Source: a virus. From it: a stretch of 64,000 bases of DNA. The stretch's first letter is position 1. Each line of letters opens with the position of its first letter. The notes beneath the pieces are model-generated. The model ran no database searches, was not told where the DNA came from, and saw nothing but the letters and a program-made list of their open reading frames with translations. The DNA lies in the IMG/VR virus record IMGVR_UViG_3300017917_004642, positions 1-64,000 of that record, one strand, 5' to 3'. Both the position numbers and the translations under genes were made by a program. This document shows positions 46,872-59,100 of the stretch, piece by piece.

Positions 46872-47651
46872 ATGACACTAGAGGAACTAATACAGGAAAT
46901 TAAAGATGATATTTCAGCAAGTTGCTCTTTGCCTTACAATCTGAATGACGACGAGATAATACGTATTATCAATCGTGCTAAGGCCTGGATGTATGATAAC
47001 TATCAATACTCAGTGGAAAAAAGATACTTCGTTCTAGCGAATTATTTTTTCCAAACACCTCAGTTTAGAAACACCAGACAGATTCAACTTCCTCCGAAGA
47101 TTGTGACCGTTTTTGACGTTAGACAAACCAACGGCAATGGAATTTCTGGAAACCCTGATAAAGACTTTAGCGATTCTAAATTGCTTGGATCTGAATTATT
47201 GCTTTCTCCATTTACTGGGGACAACTTAGTTTACCGTACAGTAATGTACTCTTACTTTGATTTAGCTCAGGCATATGTTTTGCCGACCTACGCTTTTAAC
47301 TGGAATAAAAACACCAAGAAGCTTACAATCTTAGGACGAGATCCAGCAAGAAGCGGAAATAACACGTCCACTGGAACTGGAGCTGGACACATGGGTCAGG
47401 ATTTGGCTGTTAGCTGTTTTGTTGCCATCGAAGACTATGAGTTATTCCAAGATGAATTGTTTGTTAGATACTGCATGGCAAAAGCAAAAATTTCCCTTTC
47501 TAGAGTATTAAGTGCATTTGATTATAACCTGCCAGGTGGTGTAAAAGTTAACACATCCCTGATAAGACAAGATGGCGAAAGAGAACTTCAGGAGGTTATG
47601 GATATGATAAACGGCGAAAACACTCCGTCTTATTTCTTGCAATGGAATTGA
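46872..47651 (+). CDS. gp13: Neck protein (T4 gp13-like)
   Basis: EELIQEI...LNDDEI..II.RA; C-terminal LPGGVKVN...DGERELQE. Confidence 0.75.
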   Translation: MTLEELIQEIKDDISASCSLPYNLNDDEIIRIINRAKAWMYDNYQYSVEKRYFVLANYFFQTPQFRNTRQIQLPPKIVTVFDVRQTNGNGISGNPDKDFSDSKLLGSELLLSPFTGDNLVYRTVMYSYFDLAQAYVLPTYAFNWNKNTKKLTILGRDPARSGNNTSTGTGAGHMGQDLAVSCFVAIEDYELFQDELFVRYCMAKAKISLSRVLSAFDYNLPGGVKVNTSLIRQDGERELQEVMDMINGENTPSYFLQWN

Positions 47652-47797
47652 CCTCCATACACTAAAAAATTAGTAATGTACGCTTAAAAAAGTTTTTATC
47701 TCAGAATTGGGCAGGCCGATCTAAGAAGTAATTTCTAGATTATAAAAAAACTCAGAAAATTGATAAATTGCCTAGTTTTTCTTCTCTTTAATTTCTT

Positions 47798-47805
47798 GAT
47801 ATATA
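47798..47805 (+). promoter_or_regulatory. Putative late promoter GATATATA
   Basis: 17 nt before the gp25-like ATG. Confidence 0.6.
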
Positions 47806-47822
47806 TGGGAAACTAGATCCCA

Positions 47823-48194
47823 ATGATAGAGATTTATAACAGAGACCCCGGTGACCCATTTTACAAAAGTGATGTTATAGAGATCACAGATCCTATCGAG
47901 ATCTGCATTGGTCAGCTTAAAATGCTTCTGTTGACTATCAAGGGTGAGGTTCTCGGAGATCCATCTTTTGGATTAAGTCTGGAAGAGCTTGTTTTTAGCA
48001 TGGATCTCTCACAGAAGACCTTAACCGACATCATAGATCGTAACATCAGAAACTATGTTCCCATGTTTTATCAGCTTGGCGGATACTTCAATGTTGAGTT
48101 TTATGCTGGTACCTCAAGAGATATTGTTTATCTAAATTTTTATATCCCAAGTTACGGAGGACAAAGTCCTTTAGTTTCTTTGAAAGTAACCTAA
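47823..48194 (+). CDS. gp25: Baseplate wedge protein, gp25-like
   Basis: LKMLLLTIKGEVLGDPSFGLSLEELVF. Confidence 0.8.
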   Translation: MIEIYNRDPGDPFYKSDVIEITDPIEICIGQLKMLLLTIKGEVLGDPSFGLSLEELVFSMDLSQKTLTDIIDRNIRNYVPMFYQLGGYFNVEFYAGTSRDIVYLNFYIPSYGGQSPLVSLKVT

Positions 48195-48200
48195 AACCAA

Positions 48201-49931
48201 ATGGCTAATAACATTTTTCAAAAAAATAACATTTTAGTAAGGGGTCTTTTAAACGACACCTACAATTTTCTGCAAAGAACTTACAATCAGACTAAAAATG
48301 TTTTCACTGTAGCTTCTGCTTGGGGTCAAATCCTGTTTGTTCTTGAGAACATTTCACAGCTTATTCTTTATTTCATTGAAGATTCAATTACAGAATTAAA
48401 CATCTATCAGGCAACAAGAGATTACTCGATTCGAAGTCTGGCTAGAATTGCTGGATATGATCCAGCTAGAGGTATGGCTGCACAGGGAGAAATCGAGCTA
48501 AGCTGGAACTTAAAAAGTGCCGATGTTGGTGGTGGTGCTGTTATTCTAAGTGGGAATCCTAGGATACAGTGCGAGCAAAATGGATTGGTTTACACTATCG
48601 TTCTAAATTCACCAACAGTAAAAATCCCCTTAAATCGGGGTGCTTCTTTCAATTTCAAGATTGTTCAGGGAGCTTTTGCTACAGCACAATTTACTGGAAC
48701 TGGAGCAGCTTTACAGAGCTACAATGTGGTTTCAAGATCTGGTACTTTGATAGACCAATTCTATGTTAATATCTCAGTGAATGATAACCCATGGAAGAAA
48801 TATTTCTCTTTGTATGATATTCCTCTTAATGCAAAGGGGTATCTAATTAAATCTGGTATTTCTGAAGGTATTGACATCTATTTTGGTAACGGAAACTTTG
48901 GTCAGCCCCCACTAAAAGGAAGTATAATTAGAGTTGATTATTTGCAGACCAGCGGATTTAACGGCAACATTAAGGCACAAAAAGATGCCCAGTTAACATA
49001 TAGATTTCTTGACACTGGTACGGATCTTTTTGGTAAAGAGGTGAATTTGAATACTTATATAAGAATTGCCGGTATTCTGGATCCATCATTCGGTAGTGAT
49101 CCTGAACCAATCGAATTAACAAGACTTGTTGCACCAAAAACAAGTAGAGCATTTGTTTTTGCAAATCCGGAGAATTACGAGATCTACCTTCAGAGATTCA
49201 ACATATTTTCGCAAATTCAGGCTTTTACAACGTTCGGAGATGATTTCTTAGATGATGATAATGTGGTTTACCTGTTCTTGATCCCTGACGTGAGCATCAG
49301 CATTCTTACCGGGCAAGACTATTTTGACATTCCGGTCGAGAATTTCATATTGACAACATCTCAAAAACTTTCCATCCTAAATTTAATAGAGGATTCTGGA
49401 CAAATGATTGCCACAACTGTTGTAAAGATTCTAGATCCTCAGATTCAGAACTATGTGGGTAATTTGATTCTTTCAATTTTTGAAGGCTACGATCCTGAAG
49501 TTATCAAAGACAAAGCAAGAACATCAATTTCTGAATATTTTCTAAATATTAAAAGAAGAGATAGAGTTCCAAAATCTGATATCATTGCGATTGTTGAAGC
49601 GATAGAGGGAGTAGATTCTGTCTCGTTTTATTTTGTTGGTCAGGCCAATGAAGAGTATCATTCAACCATCGATAGTCTTGCTAACGCTAGTACAGCACAG
49701 CTTAATAGACAGATAGGATTGGATGATTTTGGCGACATCATCATAAATTCCGGAGAGCTTGTCCTTCTTAGAGGCGGATGGACAGATAGATACGGAACTG
49801 CCTATGAGGTTGGTATAGTACCAGGTAAACCTTCGGCCTTGAATATTTCGATAGCGTCTGTCAACCAGAAGACCCTAAATAATCAGCTTAACTCAGAGCA
49901 AAGAGCAAGAATAATAGCACAAAATCAATAA
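48201..49931 (+). CDS. gp6: Baseplate wedge protein, gp6/gpJ-like
   Basis: SIRSLARIAGY, IYFGNGNFG.PP..G..I.V.YL.T.G..GN, GSDPE.IE..R..AP. Confidence 0.85.
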   Translation: MANNIFQKNNILVRGLLNDTYNFLQRTYNQTKNVFTVASAWGQILFVLENISQLILYFIEDSITELNIYQATRDYSIRSLARIAGYDPARGMAAQGEIELSWNLKSADVGGGAVILSGNPRIQCEQNGLVYTIVLNSPTVKIPLNRGASFNFKIVQGAFATAQFTGTGAALQSYNVVSRSGTLIDQFYVNISVNDNPWKKYFSLYDIPLNAKGYLIKSGISEGIDIYFGNGNFGQPPLKGSIIRVDYLQTSGFNGNIKAQKDAQLTYRFLDTGTDLFGKEVNLNTYIRIAGILDPSFGSDPEPIELTRLVAPKTSRAFVFANPENYEIYLQRFNIFSQIQAFTTFGDDFLDDDNVVYLFLIPDVSISILTGQDYFDIPVENFILTTSQKLSILNLIEDSGQMIATTVVKILDPQIQNYVGNLILSIFEGYDPEVIKDKARTSISEYFLNIKRRDRVPKSDIIAIVEAIEGVDSVSFYFVGQANEEYHSTIDSLANASTAQLNRQIGLDDFGDIIINSGELVLLRGGWTDRYGTAYEVGIVPGKPSALNISIASVNQKTLNNQLNSEQRARIIAQNQ

Positions 49932-49932
49932 G

Positions 49933-50463
49933 ATGGCACAAAGTTATTCACCGTATTTTCCACAAGATACTGTTAACGCATACACGGTTAATGGTGTAAA
50001 ATTCAATTCGACAACAACGAATTTTGAAACAAGCAACGACCTGTATCTTTCCTCCGATAAAGCTTCTATCAGAGCAACCAATATTGGGTGCCAGGGATAT
50101 AGATCTGTAATAGCTAACTCTGTTGGTCAGCCTCAGTATGCTCCATGCACTACCTTTGCAGCATATCAAGAAATTATGAAACAGATGGAGGTTACAAACC
50201 CAAGCAGAAGATACTATGAATTTGATCCTTTAGAGAATGTTGATGACGTGATGAACTCGATCAATGACAGAGTTTATGAGGGATTTATATACAAAGATCA
50301 AATCTTCGAAAGAACAATGTCCAACCTTCTCTTTAAAGACCCAACTAAGAATTTAATTTTGAGATATTTCCAAAGAGTTGTTTACTCGTTGATTGAGACG
50401 ACCAAGCAGATCAAGAATTATTTTAATTACACAGTACCTTTTAACAATAGAAGAGTTTTTTAA
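49933..50463 (+). CDS. Hypothetical baseplate-module protein
   Basis: Tightly packed between structural genes. Confidence 0.65.
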   Translation: MAQSYSPYFPQDTVNAYTVNGVKFNSTTTNFETSNDLYLSSDKASIRATNIGCQGYRSVIANSVGQPQYAPCTTFAAYQEIMKQMEVTNPSRRYYEFDPLENVDDVMNSINDRVYEGFIYKDQIFERTMSNLLFKDPTKNLILRYFQRVVYSLIETTKQIKNYFNYTVPFNNRRVF

Positions 50464-50464
50464 A

Positions 50465-53400
50465 ATGGCAAATCTTGGTTTAAGATTCTATAATAAACAA
50501 GGTGATCCCTTAAATCTTGAGTACGTCGGGCCAACAGCTTCTGCTCCGTTGGACACGTCGTTTACTTACAGAACTAATTCACAGAATACCACTCCTGGTC
50601 AGGGGTATATCTCTTTTTTGAATCTGTCAAGCAATCTGGTTTATATGAACCTGCTGGATGTAAGCGGGTTTGATCTAACCACTTGGTGTAATAGTGTAAA
50701 TAACTCTGTTGCAAATGGAGCAAACGTTACTATCGTTTATACTTTTGCTCCAGCACAAACACTTACCTGTGTCATCTCCGGAATAACTATATCTAGTGGG
50801 GTTGCAACACTTGCTATTAGTTCAGCAATTGGACCTGTTAGTATTTCGAACGATGTTGTAATGTACTGTCAGACGAAGTATCAAAATCTTCCTGGTGGAT
50901 ATTTTTCAGGTACGGTTTATTTCAATGAAGTGTCTGCTGGACTGTATGAAAACGATCAAATTTTTATTGTTCAAGAATTCGTAGATCCAGTTTCCAGTGC
51001 ACGCTTTTTAGGTTATCCCCACACCGGATCTACTGGTGGTACTGGTCCTACATCTTGGAGGACAAGGTGGGATAACAACACTTACGGAAATGTTGATGTT
51101 ACGGACATTATCTTTACGTATCAGATAGAGGAGAATGATCCTGAAATTGATGGTGATCCTGCAATCATTAATTATCAGAACATAGCAATTCCAGTAATAC
51201 AGAATAGCTCAGACTATGTACAGGGTGGATTTGTATATACTGCAGAATCACAAACTCCATCTAAAGCTCTTCAAATTAATGTTGCCTTAAATTCTTCTGG
51301 TGCTGCTGCAGAAATCTACGAGAGAAAATTAATCGTAGAGGATTTAACATCTGGAACACCTGAGAAAATTCTAGAACTTCAATTCTATGGTCAAATTATT
51401 GGAGAGGACGAAAGATTAAATGTACTAACTCAAAACCTGGGCAGGGCTTTCTATGGGACAGATTCTGTAATATTAAGGAATCATGATCCAAACGAGATAT
51501 TTCCAAATTACGTTGAGATAAACGAAAAGAGAAAAGAGCTTATGATAGCCGGGGAAGAGATATTCCCTTACATCGGAAGTTATAAAGGTCTAATTGGTGC
51601 TCTTAAGTTTTTTGGATATCAAGATCTGAGAATCAAAGAATATTGGCTAAATCTAAACTACAATAAATTAACATTACAGCCACTCCAGGAAAATCAGGCA
51701 TTCCTGGATAACTATCTAAATACTCCATTTCCAAATCAGCAGATTGCTGTCGCAGATGTTTTGGAAAATGAGAATTCTGGAAAGTATCGTTTAGAACAGA
51801 CATATGGTCCTAATTCCGATGGCGAGTATGTGCTAAACGTATCAAGCGAGAATACACTAGTTCCAAGCAGGACGTACAAGAAAACTGCTCTGTTTGGTCT
51901 ATATTACGATCTTGTTAACACGACAGATTCTGTAGACCCTTATGGATATCCAATTACACAGGAGACATTTGCGTTTACCCAAGAGGAAGTACTCCTTAAG
52001 CTGTTTGCTCTAAAGGAAAGACTTAAGCAAAGCTATCTACCGTTAAATGCAAGAATAGTCGACATCACGGGAGAAGGTGTTTATTTCAACGTTTATAATA
52101 CTAAAGAATGGACAGATTTTCTGGATCGAAGTGACGTAGAATCTGGAAACAATATCGAATTTATTGCAAACCCAGATTTTGGGTTTATCGAAGATCTAAG
52201 AGCATTTGGAATCAGGAACAATCCTCTCTCCATACAGGCTCCGATGAACTATTACGATGTTGTCGACGTCTATGTTAGCGTTGCTGGTCCATCAGGTGAT
52301 GCTTTCAGATTTGCAGGATCTACTGGTGATCTAGTTCAGAATTTTTCTGCAACAGGTGACAATCCAACAATCCAGCTATCCAGAGGAAAACAGTACAATT
52401 TTAACCTTGTTACTCCTGGATATGATCTGTATTTCACTACCCAACCAGGACTGAGTCAAATAGATCCTCTTGGTATAGAAAATAATGGTGCTTCTGCTGG
52501 AACTGTTGTATTAAACGTTAATCCACAGGAACAGGATCAGATCTATTATTATTCCACTGTAAACACTGCAAAGCTCAGTGGTAGTGCTGATGTGTTTGAT
52601 TCTCCTGTTTCTGATCTTGGTAATTTGATACAGCCCCTGTTCAACAACCAGCAATATACTGCTAGTCAAAATTCATCATTGGTAACTTCCATTTCAAATT
52701 TTTACAATCTGAAAGAGAATGGACTGATTAAAAATCTTGGTGATGGATTGCAGGACCCGGTTGCTTTTGTTGATCCAACAACGGGTGAGACATACGAAAA
52801 TCCAGTAGGAATGCCTATAGTTCTGGAACTTGTACTTGATAGATGGGTTTGGAATGACTTAGGTCAGAATTGGATTGCATTAGATCTTCCATCATTTACA
52901 AGCCAGCAAGCTGCACTTACGTGGGACACCATAGATTTTTCTGCATATAACGAAATAGAATGGATTATAGAGAAAAGTCAAAGTCAAACAGGGTCTGGGT
53001 ATTACTTTTCGACCAGAGGATTTGCTGTTGATTTCTATAAGCTAGCACATTTCCTCCCGTACACTGGAGATTATAACGTTACCTGTCTTCTATATGATTC
53101 TTTTAACTTTGTCAACAGAAAAATAGTTCAGACTGCAATTAAGGTTGCACCAAAGCAAATTACAATTGACGCCTGGACTAGATACAGAGAAAATGAAATC
53201 TACCTTTGGGATCAAACAATTAGAGGATGGGATGCTTACGAATCCATTTGGGAGTATCCAGCGGAAGGTAAAACATTTGACGATGTTTCAAAGCAAATAC
53301 CAAAAGAGATTTTAGATTTTGCTGTTTACGGCAACAATTCTCAAGAAGGACAAACTTTACAGGTTAGATCTGATATACAACCACAAGGAGCATCGGGTAA

Positions 53401-54544
53401 TATAGTTCTAAATCAGAACATATTGGATGTTACTAAAGCATATTCTCTTTTCGTTTCTGGAGCACAGTATGGAAATTTAATAGTGTTCACCAGTCAACCT
53501 CATGGATTTACATCAGGATCTCAGGTTTATCTAGAAGGCATGATGCCAGAAATAAATAAATCGTGGGAAATAACAGTTCCAAGCGGATCTACAGGATACT
53601 CGTTCGAGGTTCCTTATGTGCTTGGCCTCACAGCTGGTGTTGGTGCAACTTCTGGCATTGGGTCAATTGCTGGAGCAACAGCTTATTACATAATCCCAAG
53701 TTATTATCCAACACAAACTGTTACTGGAGGTGGAAGCATTAGTGTCAGTGTCAATGGGAGAGTAATCGGTGCAACAAGTTCGGGTTCAAATTTACAGGCC
53801 ACTGTCAATTCGATTATCCAAGAGATAAACTCTGTAAAAACACAACCTGATTATTTTGCACAAACTTATGTTCCCAATCAATTTCCGGTCTCTCTAAATA
53901 TCTCAGCAGATACTAGCACAGGGAATATTGGTAACGGTAACACATTAACTGCTACTGTAACAGGATCTTTAGAAATCGTCAGTATAGACACAGCTTTAAG
54001 TGGAGGAGTAACAGGATCAAATTCTTACCTAGATTGGAATCCTGTAACCGGAGGCTTGCCTGTTGAATCTTTGAAATATTTTGGAACTAAAAATCTAACG
54101 TGGAATACTTTCAATGAATCCCTTTGGGATGAGGCGTATGCTCATGGATGGTACGACTTTGAGTATGAAAGCGGATGGCTAGGAGGGTTTGAAATACACA
54201 GTTCTAAGGTTGGTGACAATATTAAAGTTAGCACAGGAAACGAAACGTATCCATTCCCTGTGGGTGTAACGTTTGCTGCAACTGGAGGAATCACCGGACC
54301 ATCCGGTTATATCACACTAGGTGCTGTAGCCGAACAACTTAACAATTCTTCGGACACACATATTACCAATTTTTATTATCGGGTTGTACCATCTAACGCT
54401 ACAGCTCTGTTGACTACAAACGGTCCGGTTTCACCGATCTTTAGCTCTTTCCCAGCAACAGGTGGTTCCGCTTCGGTTCCAGCTACTGTGCCAGGATCAC
54501 CACCAGTTCTAACTGTTTCTTTCACCTATGCTACAGGACCATAA
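50465..54544 (+). CDS. Large baseplate/tail structural protein (possibly gp7-like wedge with added domains)
   Basis: YIGSYKGLIGALKFFGY motif; follows gp6; Ser/Thr/Gly-rich. Start set at ATG 50465. Confidence 0.6.
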   Translation: MANLGLRFYNKQGDPLNLEYVGPTASAPLDTSFTYRTNSQNTTPGQGYISFLNLSSNLVYMNLLDVSGFDLTTWCNSVNNSVANGANVTIVYTFAPAQTLTCVISGITISSGVATLAISSAIGPVSISNDVVMYCQTKYQNLPGGYFSGTVYFNEVSAGLYENDQIFIVQEFVDPVSSARFLGYPHTGSTGGTGPTSWRTRWDNNTYGNVDVTDIIFTYQIEENDPEIDGDPAIINYQNIAIPVIQNSSDYVQGGFVYTAESQTPSKALQINVALNSSGAAAEIYERKLIVEDLTSGTPEKILELQFYGQIIGEDERLNVLTQNLGRAFYGTDSVILRNHDPNEIFPNYVEINEKRKELMIAGEEIFPYIGSYKGLIGALKFFGYQDLRIKEYWLNLNYNKLTLQPLQENQAFLDNYLNTPFPNQQIAVADVLENENSGKYRLEQTYGPNSDGEYVLNVSSENTLVPSRTYKKTALFGLYYDLVNTTDSVDPYGYPITQETFAFTQEEVLLKLFALKERLKQSYLPLNARIVDITGEGVYFNVYNTKEWTDFLDRSDVESGNNIEFIANPDFGFIEDLRAFGIRNNPLSIQAPMNYYDVVDVYVSVAGPSGDAFRFAGSTGDLVQNFSATGDNPTIQLSRGKQYNFNLVTPGYDLYFTTQPGLSQIDPLGIENNGASAGTVVLNVNPQEQDQIYYYSTVNTAKLSGSADVFDSPVSDLGNLIQPLFNNQQYTASQNSSLVTSISNFYNLKENGLIKNLGDGLQDPVAFVDPTTGETYENPVGMPIVLELVLDRWVWNDLGQNWIALDLPSFTSQQAALTWDTIDFSAYNEIEWIIEKSQSQTGSGYYFSTRGFAVDFYKLAHFLPYTGDYNVTCLLYDSFNFVNRKIVQTAIKVAPKQITIDAWTRYRENEIYLWDQTIRGWDAYESIWEYPAEGKTFDDVSKQIPKEILDFAVYGNNSQEGQTLQVRSDIQPQGASGNIVLNQNILDVTKAYSLFVSGAQYGNLIVFTSQPHGFTSGSQVYLEGMMPEINKSWEITVPSGSTGYSFEVPYVLGLTAGVGATSGIGSIAGATAYYIIPSYYPTQTVTGGGSISVSVNGRVIGATSSGSNLQATVNSIIQEINSVKTQPDYFAQTYVPNQFPVSLNISADTSTGNIGNGNTLTATVTGSLEIVSIDTALSGGVTGSNSYLDWNPVTGGLPVESLKYFGTKNLTWNTFNESLWDEAYAHGWYDFEYESGWLGGFEIHSSKVGDNIKVSTGNETYPFPVGVTFAATGGITGPSGYITLGAVAEQLNNSSDTHITNFYYRVVPSNATALLTTNGPVSPIFSSFPATGGSASVPATVPGSPPVLTVSFTYATGP

Positions 54545-54557
54545 GTTATAAAAAATC

Positions 54558-56177
54558 ATGGCAGAACAAATTCAAATATTTCAAACTCAGGCAGTAAATT
54601 TTACTGATACGTCAAGTGGTGGGCAACCGCCTTTAAGCAGATTGTGGTCTTTCCAGGGAGGATCAATTTCTTCCGCCACCGGAGCAACAGCCACTGTTTA
54701 TTATTCGAACCCGGGATTATACAATGTGAGTCTTACTGTTACTGATAGCTTAGATACTAGCAAGATTCTCACAAAAACAAACCTGGTAAACGTATCTCCT
54801 GCTTACGTAACTTCAGATTTTACCGGAACACCAACGTCAAGTGTTTTAATGAGCACTCCGATAAATTTTGTCGATGTCTCTACTGGACAGCCACAGGCAC
54901 CAGATACTTGGTCTTGGAATATAGCTGGTGTTACCTCTACATCGCAGAACTTTTCGTTTAGTGGTTTTAACGACTGGTTTTCAATTGGTGGTGTTTCTGG
55001 TGATTCACCAGGACATGTTATTTCTGTCAATGCTCAGCTTACTGCATCAAGAGGTGGACTTTCAGATGTTAATGTTAAAAGCTTTCCTGTAACTAAAATT
55101 GGACCAGCAGAGACTAATTGGATTAATTCTGGTGGATCGACAGGAGCTTGGGTAATAGATTCATCATTCTCGTTCGAGATGAATGGTTTGGTACCACTAA
55201 ATACATCAGACATTTCGTATCCTGGTACTGATATTATCTATAATCTTGGACTGTCTGGGGGTTCACAGAATATCGATAAGTTCCATACAACCACTGAAGA
55301 TGCTACTCTTACATACACGGGCGGTATATTACCTTCAAATACCGGGATTTGCGAATCGCCAGGCTATATTATCATCGAGGATTCTCTATATGCAAGCGGA
55401 TTTCCGTCTATAGAATATGGTCAATTTATTTCACCCGCATTGGTTAATAACCTGTACTTTACTTCACAACAATTGGATTCAGCCTACAATGGTAACTATA
55501 TTGTCGGATATAGCTATTCTCAAGCATTAATCGAGGATTGTGTTAACTCTAGATACCCACAAACCAATTCTGGTCAAGCTCCATCTCTAAACAAAGTGTT
55601 TCCGTTTAACGAAGCATTTGGAACTGATGAATATCCGGTAGTACCTTCACAAACATATTATTACCAAACTTCTGGTACTACTGGAACATATCAAATAATA
55701 ATCGATGTTGATTTTTTTGGCGGAACCGCTGCTAGCGCAACAGTAAACTTCACTGCTAACTCTGGTCTTGGAAACGAACCCGGAGGTGGCTTACAAGGTT
55801 TTTATTATGTGATGCAGGACATTGGGCCAAATCTTGGTGTTGCAACACAAATCAATAATGCAATTGCTTCATCTAGCATTCCTGGAGGAACTTCTTCGAT
55901 TGAAGCTTACGCAAGCCCGATTTATAATACAAAAACAGGAGGATTAACTGGCGATTATTACGGGTTGTCTTTGCAGTTTAAAAACGTAAACATACAAACC
56001 GTTACAATCACTGACAATTCAGATTTATTGAATCCTTTAGCATTAACATTTCCTTTTTCACTTTCAAATTCAAACCCAGCACCTGCAACATGTACTGGAA
56101 TAATCGGTACCATGGATTTGAGCTCATATACACCGGGATTTGGAACACGATTAGATTATGGAGGTTCAATCTACTAA
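54558..56177 (+). CDS. PKD-domain virion protein
   Basis: VNFTDTSSG...WSFQGG...YSNPGLYNVSLTVTD, plus a second INFVDVSTG..TWSW. Confidence 0.8.
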   Translation: MAEQIQIFQTQAVNFTDTSSGGQPPLSRLWSFQGGSISSATGATATVYYSNPGLYNVSLTVTDSLDTSKILTKTNLVNVSPAYVTSDFTGTPTSSVLMSTPINFVDVSTGQPQAPDTWSWNIAGVTSTSQNFSFSGFNDWFSIGGVSGDSPGHVISVNAQLTASRGGLSDVNVKSFPVTKIGPAETNWINSGGSTGAWVIDSSFSFEMNGLVPLNTSDISYPGTDIIYNLGLSGGSQNIDKFHTTTEDATLTYTGGILPSNTGICESPGYIIIEDSLYASGFPSIEYGQFISPALVNNLYFTSQQLDSAYNGNYIVGYSYSQALIEDCVNSRYPQTNSGQAPSLNKVFPFNEAFGTDEYPVVPSQTYYYQTSGTTGTYQIIIDVDFFGGTAASATVNFTANSGLGNEPGGGLQGFYYVMQDIGPNLGVATQINNAIASSSIPGGTSSIEAYASPIYNTKTGGLTGDYYGLSLQFKNVNIQTVTITDNSDLLNPLALTFPFSLSNSNPAPATCTGIIGTMDLSSYTPGFGTRLDYGGSIY

Positions 56178-56190
56178 GATAAATACATAA

Positions 56191-59100
56191 ATGGCAAACT
56201 CGTTACTTTACATAAATCAAGGTGCACTAGATTCGTCAGAAAACGTTTGGTGTGTCGGAAGAGACCTTACTGTTTACGATGGTCAATCTTGGACATACTT
56301 CAATTACCTCAATTCGATAGTACCAAACAATAGCCCTTATTTTTTGGATACCAGATCAATCTCGATTGATTCTGATGATACAAAGTGGATTGGTTGTGCT
56401 GTATCAAGTGGTTTGTCACAGGATCTAATCTTTTATGCAGAAGGACCTCAAGCTGCAACAGGTTCATCCTGGACTATTAACGATTTTAATCTTTCTGGTG
56501 CAAACTGGGAGGTTCCAACAATTTATGCTAGTCCTTATGGAGACGAGATTCTTGCTTTCATTTCGCCACTAAACGGAGGTGGAGGAACAGGAGCTACTGG
56601 AAACGTGGGTGTCACCGGGGGTTATCTTTGGTCATACAATAAGATAAGTTCAGAGTGGAAAGAAGTATCTCCTGGTTATGTTTGGCCACACATTTATGAA
56701 ATCAAGGCCAAGGGAAAGGATGGAATAAATTGGGATTACTATCTAGCTACTACAGATGGTGTACAGATAATTCCAAATGGAATTCTTGATACCTCAGTTT
56801 TGCAGGACGGAAGTAAATTTATACCAAATCTCAAAAAAATAAACGGGTACAATTCAAGTCTGAATTCCAATACAGTTTATTCCATAAGCTTTGACGAGAA
56901 TGGTCACTATTGGCTGGGAACTGAAGCTGGTCTAACTTATTGGGATGGATCCAAATATTATAATTGGGTAACACCGGGTTCTGAATCTGTTCAATCTGTT
57001 GTTGCAAGGCCTAACGGTCACGTTTTTTTCAGCGAAGGAAATCCGTTTGAAACACCGTCAGGAACAAATGGTTTCTATCATTTCAATGGTGATACATTTA
57101 CTAATTACAATACCTCAAATTCCACACTGCCGGACGATTTAGTTATCTCTATTCTATTAGTCCCTGAAAAGACTTCCAAAGGATCGCTAACGCTCTATCC
57201 CAACGATCTTTGGATAGTTGCTGGAAATTATGTAGTTCTTTTTGATTATGTCATACCACACGTCTATGGATCTTCCAAGTATGAAGGTACGACAGGCTGG
57301 AATTTTATTGACTACACACCAAATGCAACAGGTGCAACAACGGATGCAGCGAATCTACCAAAAACTGAAAGGTTCAACTGGGTTTATCCTTCTTGGCAGG
57401 GATATGAAAATTTTGAGCTTTCTAACAATCATCCTGGTATGGACCCAAGAAATCTATTTCTTGATACCGATTTCAAAGCTATTGCTGATGGGAGAGCGGG
57501 AAATCAAGATTACTGGAACTGGGGACAAGTCATTCCTTACGAACAACAGGTAGAAGCTGGGTTGATCCCTGATTACACCTGGATTAACGGAATAACAGGG
57601 GCAAGTCAGATTACGATATCTTCTGTTTCTAGATACAAGAATTTAAATGTTCTATCTGGATACAGTAACAACCCGTACACAAACTTTGGCCCATCTAGTA
57701 ACACAGAGAATGAATTCATAGTTGCCAATCCTAATCCTACAAACGGCACATCAGGAACACAGAATTTTGGATTTGTAACATTCTATAGCGACGGAGGGCA
57801 GGTACAGGGGACTATTCCTTTTAGAGGCTATAACACTAGGGTTTTAAGTGCAAAACCATCATATGACAATTCTTCACTCGTAGTTTTGGGTTCTTATTCA
57901 GGATATGTTGAAGGCGGTAAGTTTGTGTGGGGATCTGAGTATCCTACTGCTGCCAATATGACAGTAACTGGAACAACAGGTCCAATTGGTGGACCAATTG
58001 GATTTTCTAATATTGCTACTCCTGGAATTACCGCAAGTTTTGATTACCCATGGATATTAAACGGAGCGACAGGAGCGACCTCTGGTGTCTATATCCCACA
58101 GCCTTCGGTCTTAACTTCTACTATTGGGTATTTCCTAGCAGAAGTTGATTTTGAAATTGGCGACGAAACAAGTTATGGCGGGATAGATTTTTCAACAGAA
58201 ACAACATCTTCCAAATTTTGTCTTAAGAATTTTAGAACCTTCCCTGGCGCAAACTCAAGTTATGACCCAGCAATACACCCTGCAGGAACATTACCAACGC
58301 AGATTGGAAATTCGGATCTGTCTATAAGTCAAAATTCAATTAGATTTACTGGTAATATAACCGGTGGAATATCAACACTAAAAAATGATTATGAAAATAC
58401 AAACGACCTACCAAACTCTCCTGAATTTATTTTCTCATCCTTTAGCAATTCCTCTTATGTTTCAAGTGGATTCGTTATTGATGTTAGCCCTGATTTTTTC
58501 TTAAAGAATGGATCTTCTGTTGGTATGACCGGTAACGGCTCATTAGATACCATCGCATCACTTCCAAACGGTCAAACTTTTTTACTAACCGGAACTTCAA
58601 CAGATAACTTAAGCTACGAAAATCTCAATGTTCCACATTCATCAGGCGGAGCCATGTATCCCTGGTTTGTTCTATCTGATGAAAACAACCGGGGTATCAC
58701 TGGTTCATTCTTTAAAAATAGCTCAAGCGGTGATGCAAACTACCAGTCGTGGAACAATACAGTAACATCCTTTTCTAGCACTAGCAATTTCTATAGTGCG
58801 ATGATTTACACAGGAAACGGATCCATTGAAAGCTATAATGGATCTTCTCTGACTGTTGGAGGTGCATCTGGAGCAGTAAATTCTGCAATCGTCTCTATTA
58901 CACCAGGTGGAAAAGTAAGTCTAGCATCAAGCTACGAAATACTACCTTCTGATTACGAGTTTGCGTATAATGCAACAATAAGTTCTGTACAAGGTGTTAG
59001 AGCAAATGATTCATACTATTTAGCAGTAAATTATCAACACAATCCTGGTGTTACTGGAAACGGAAATATCATAATTAAAAGATCAGTGAGTGGAACTCAC

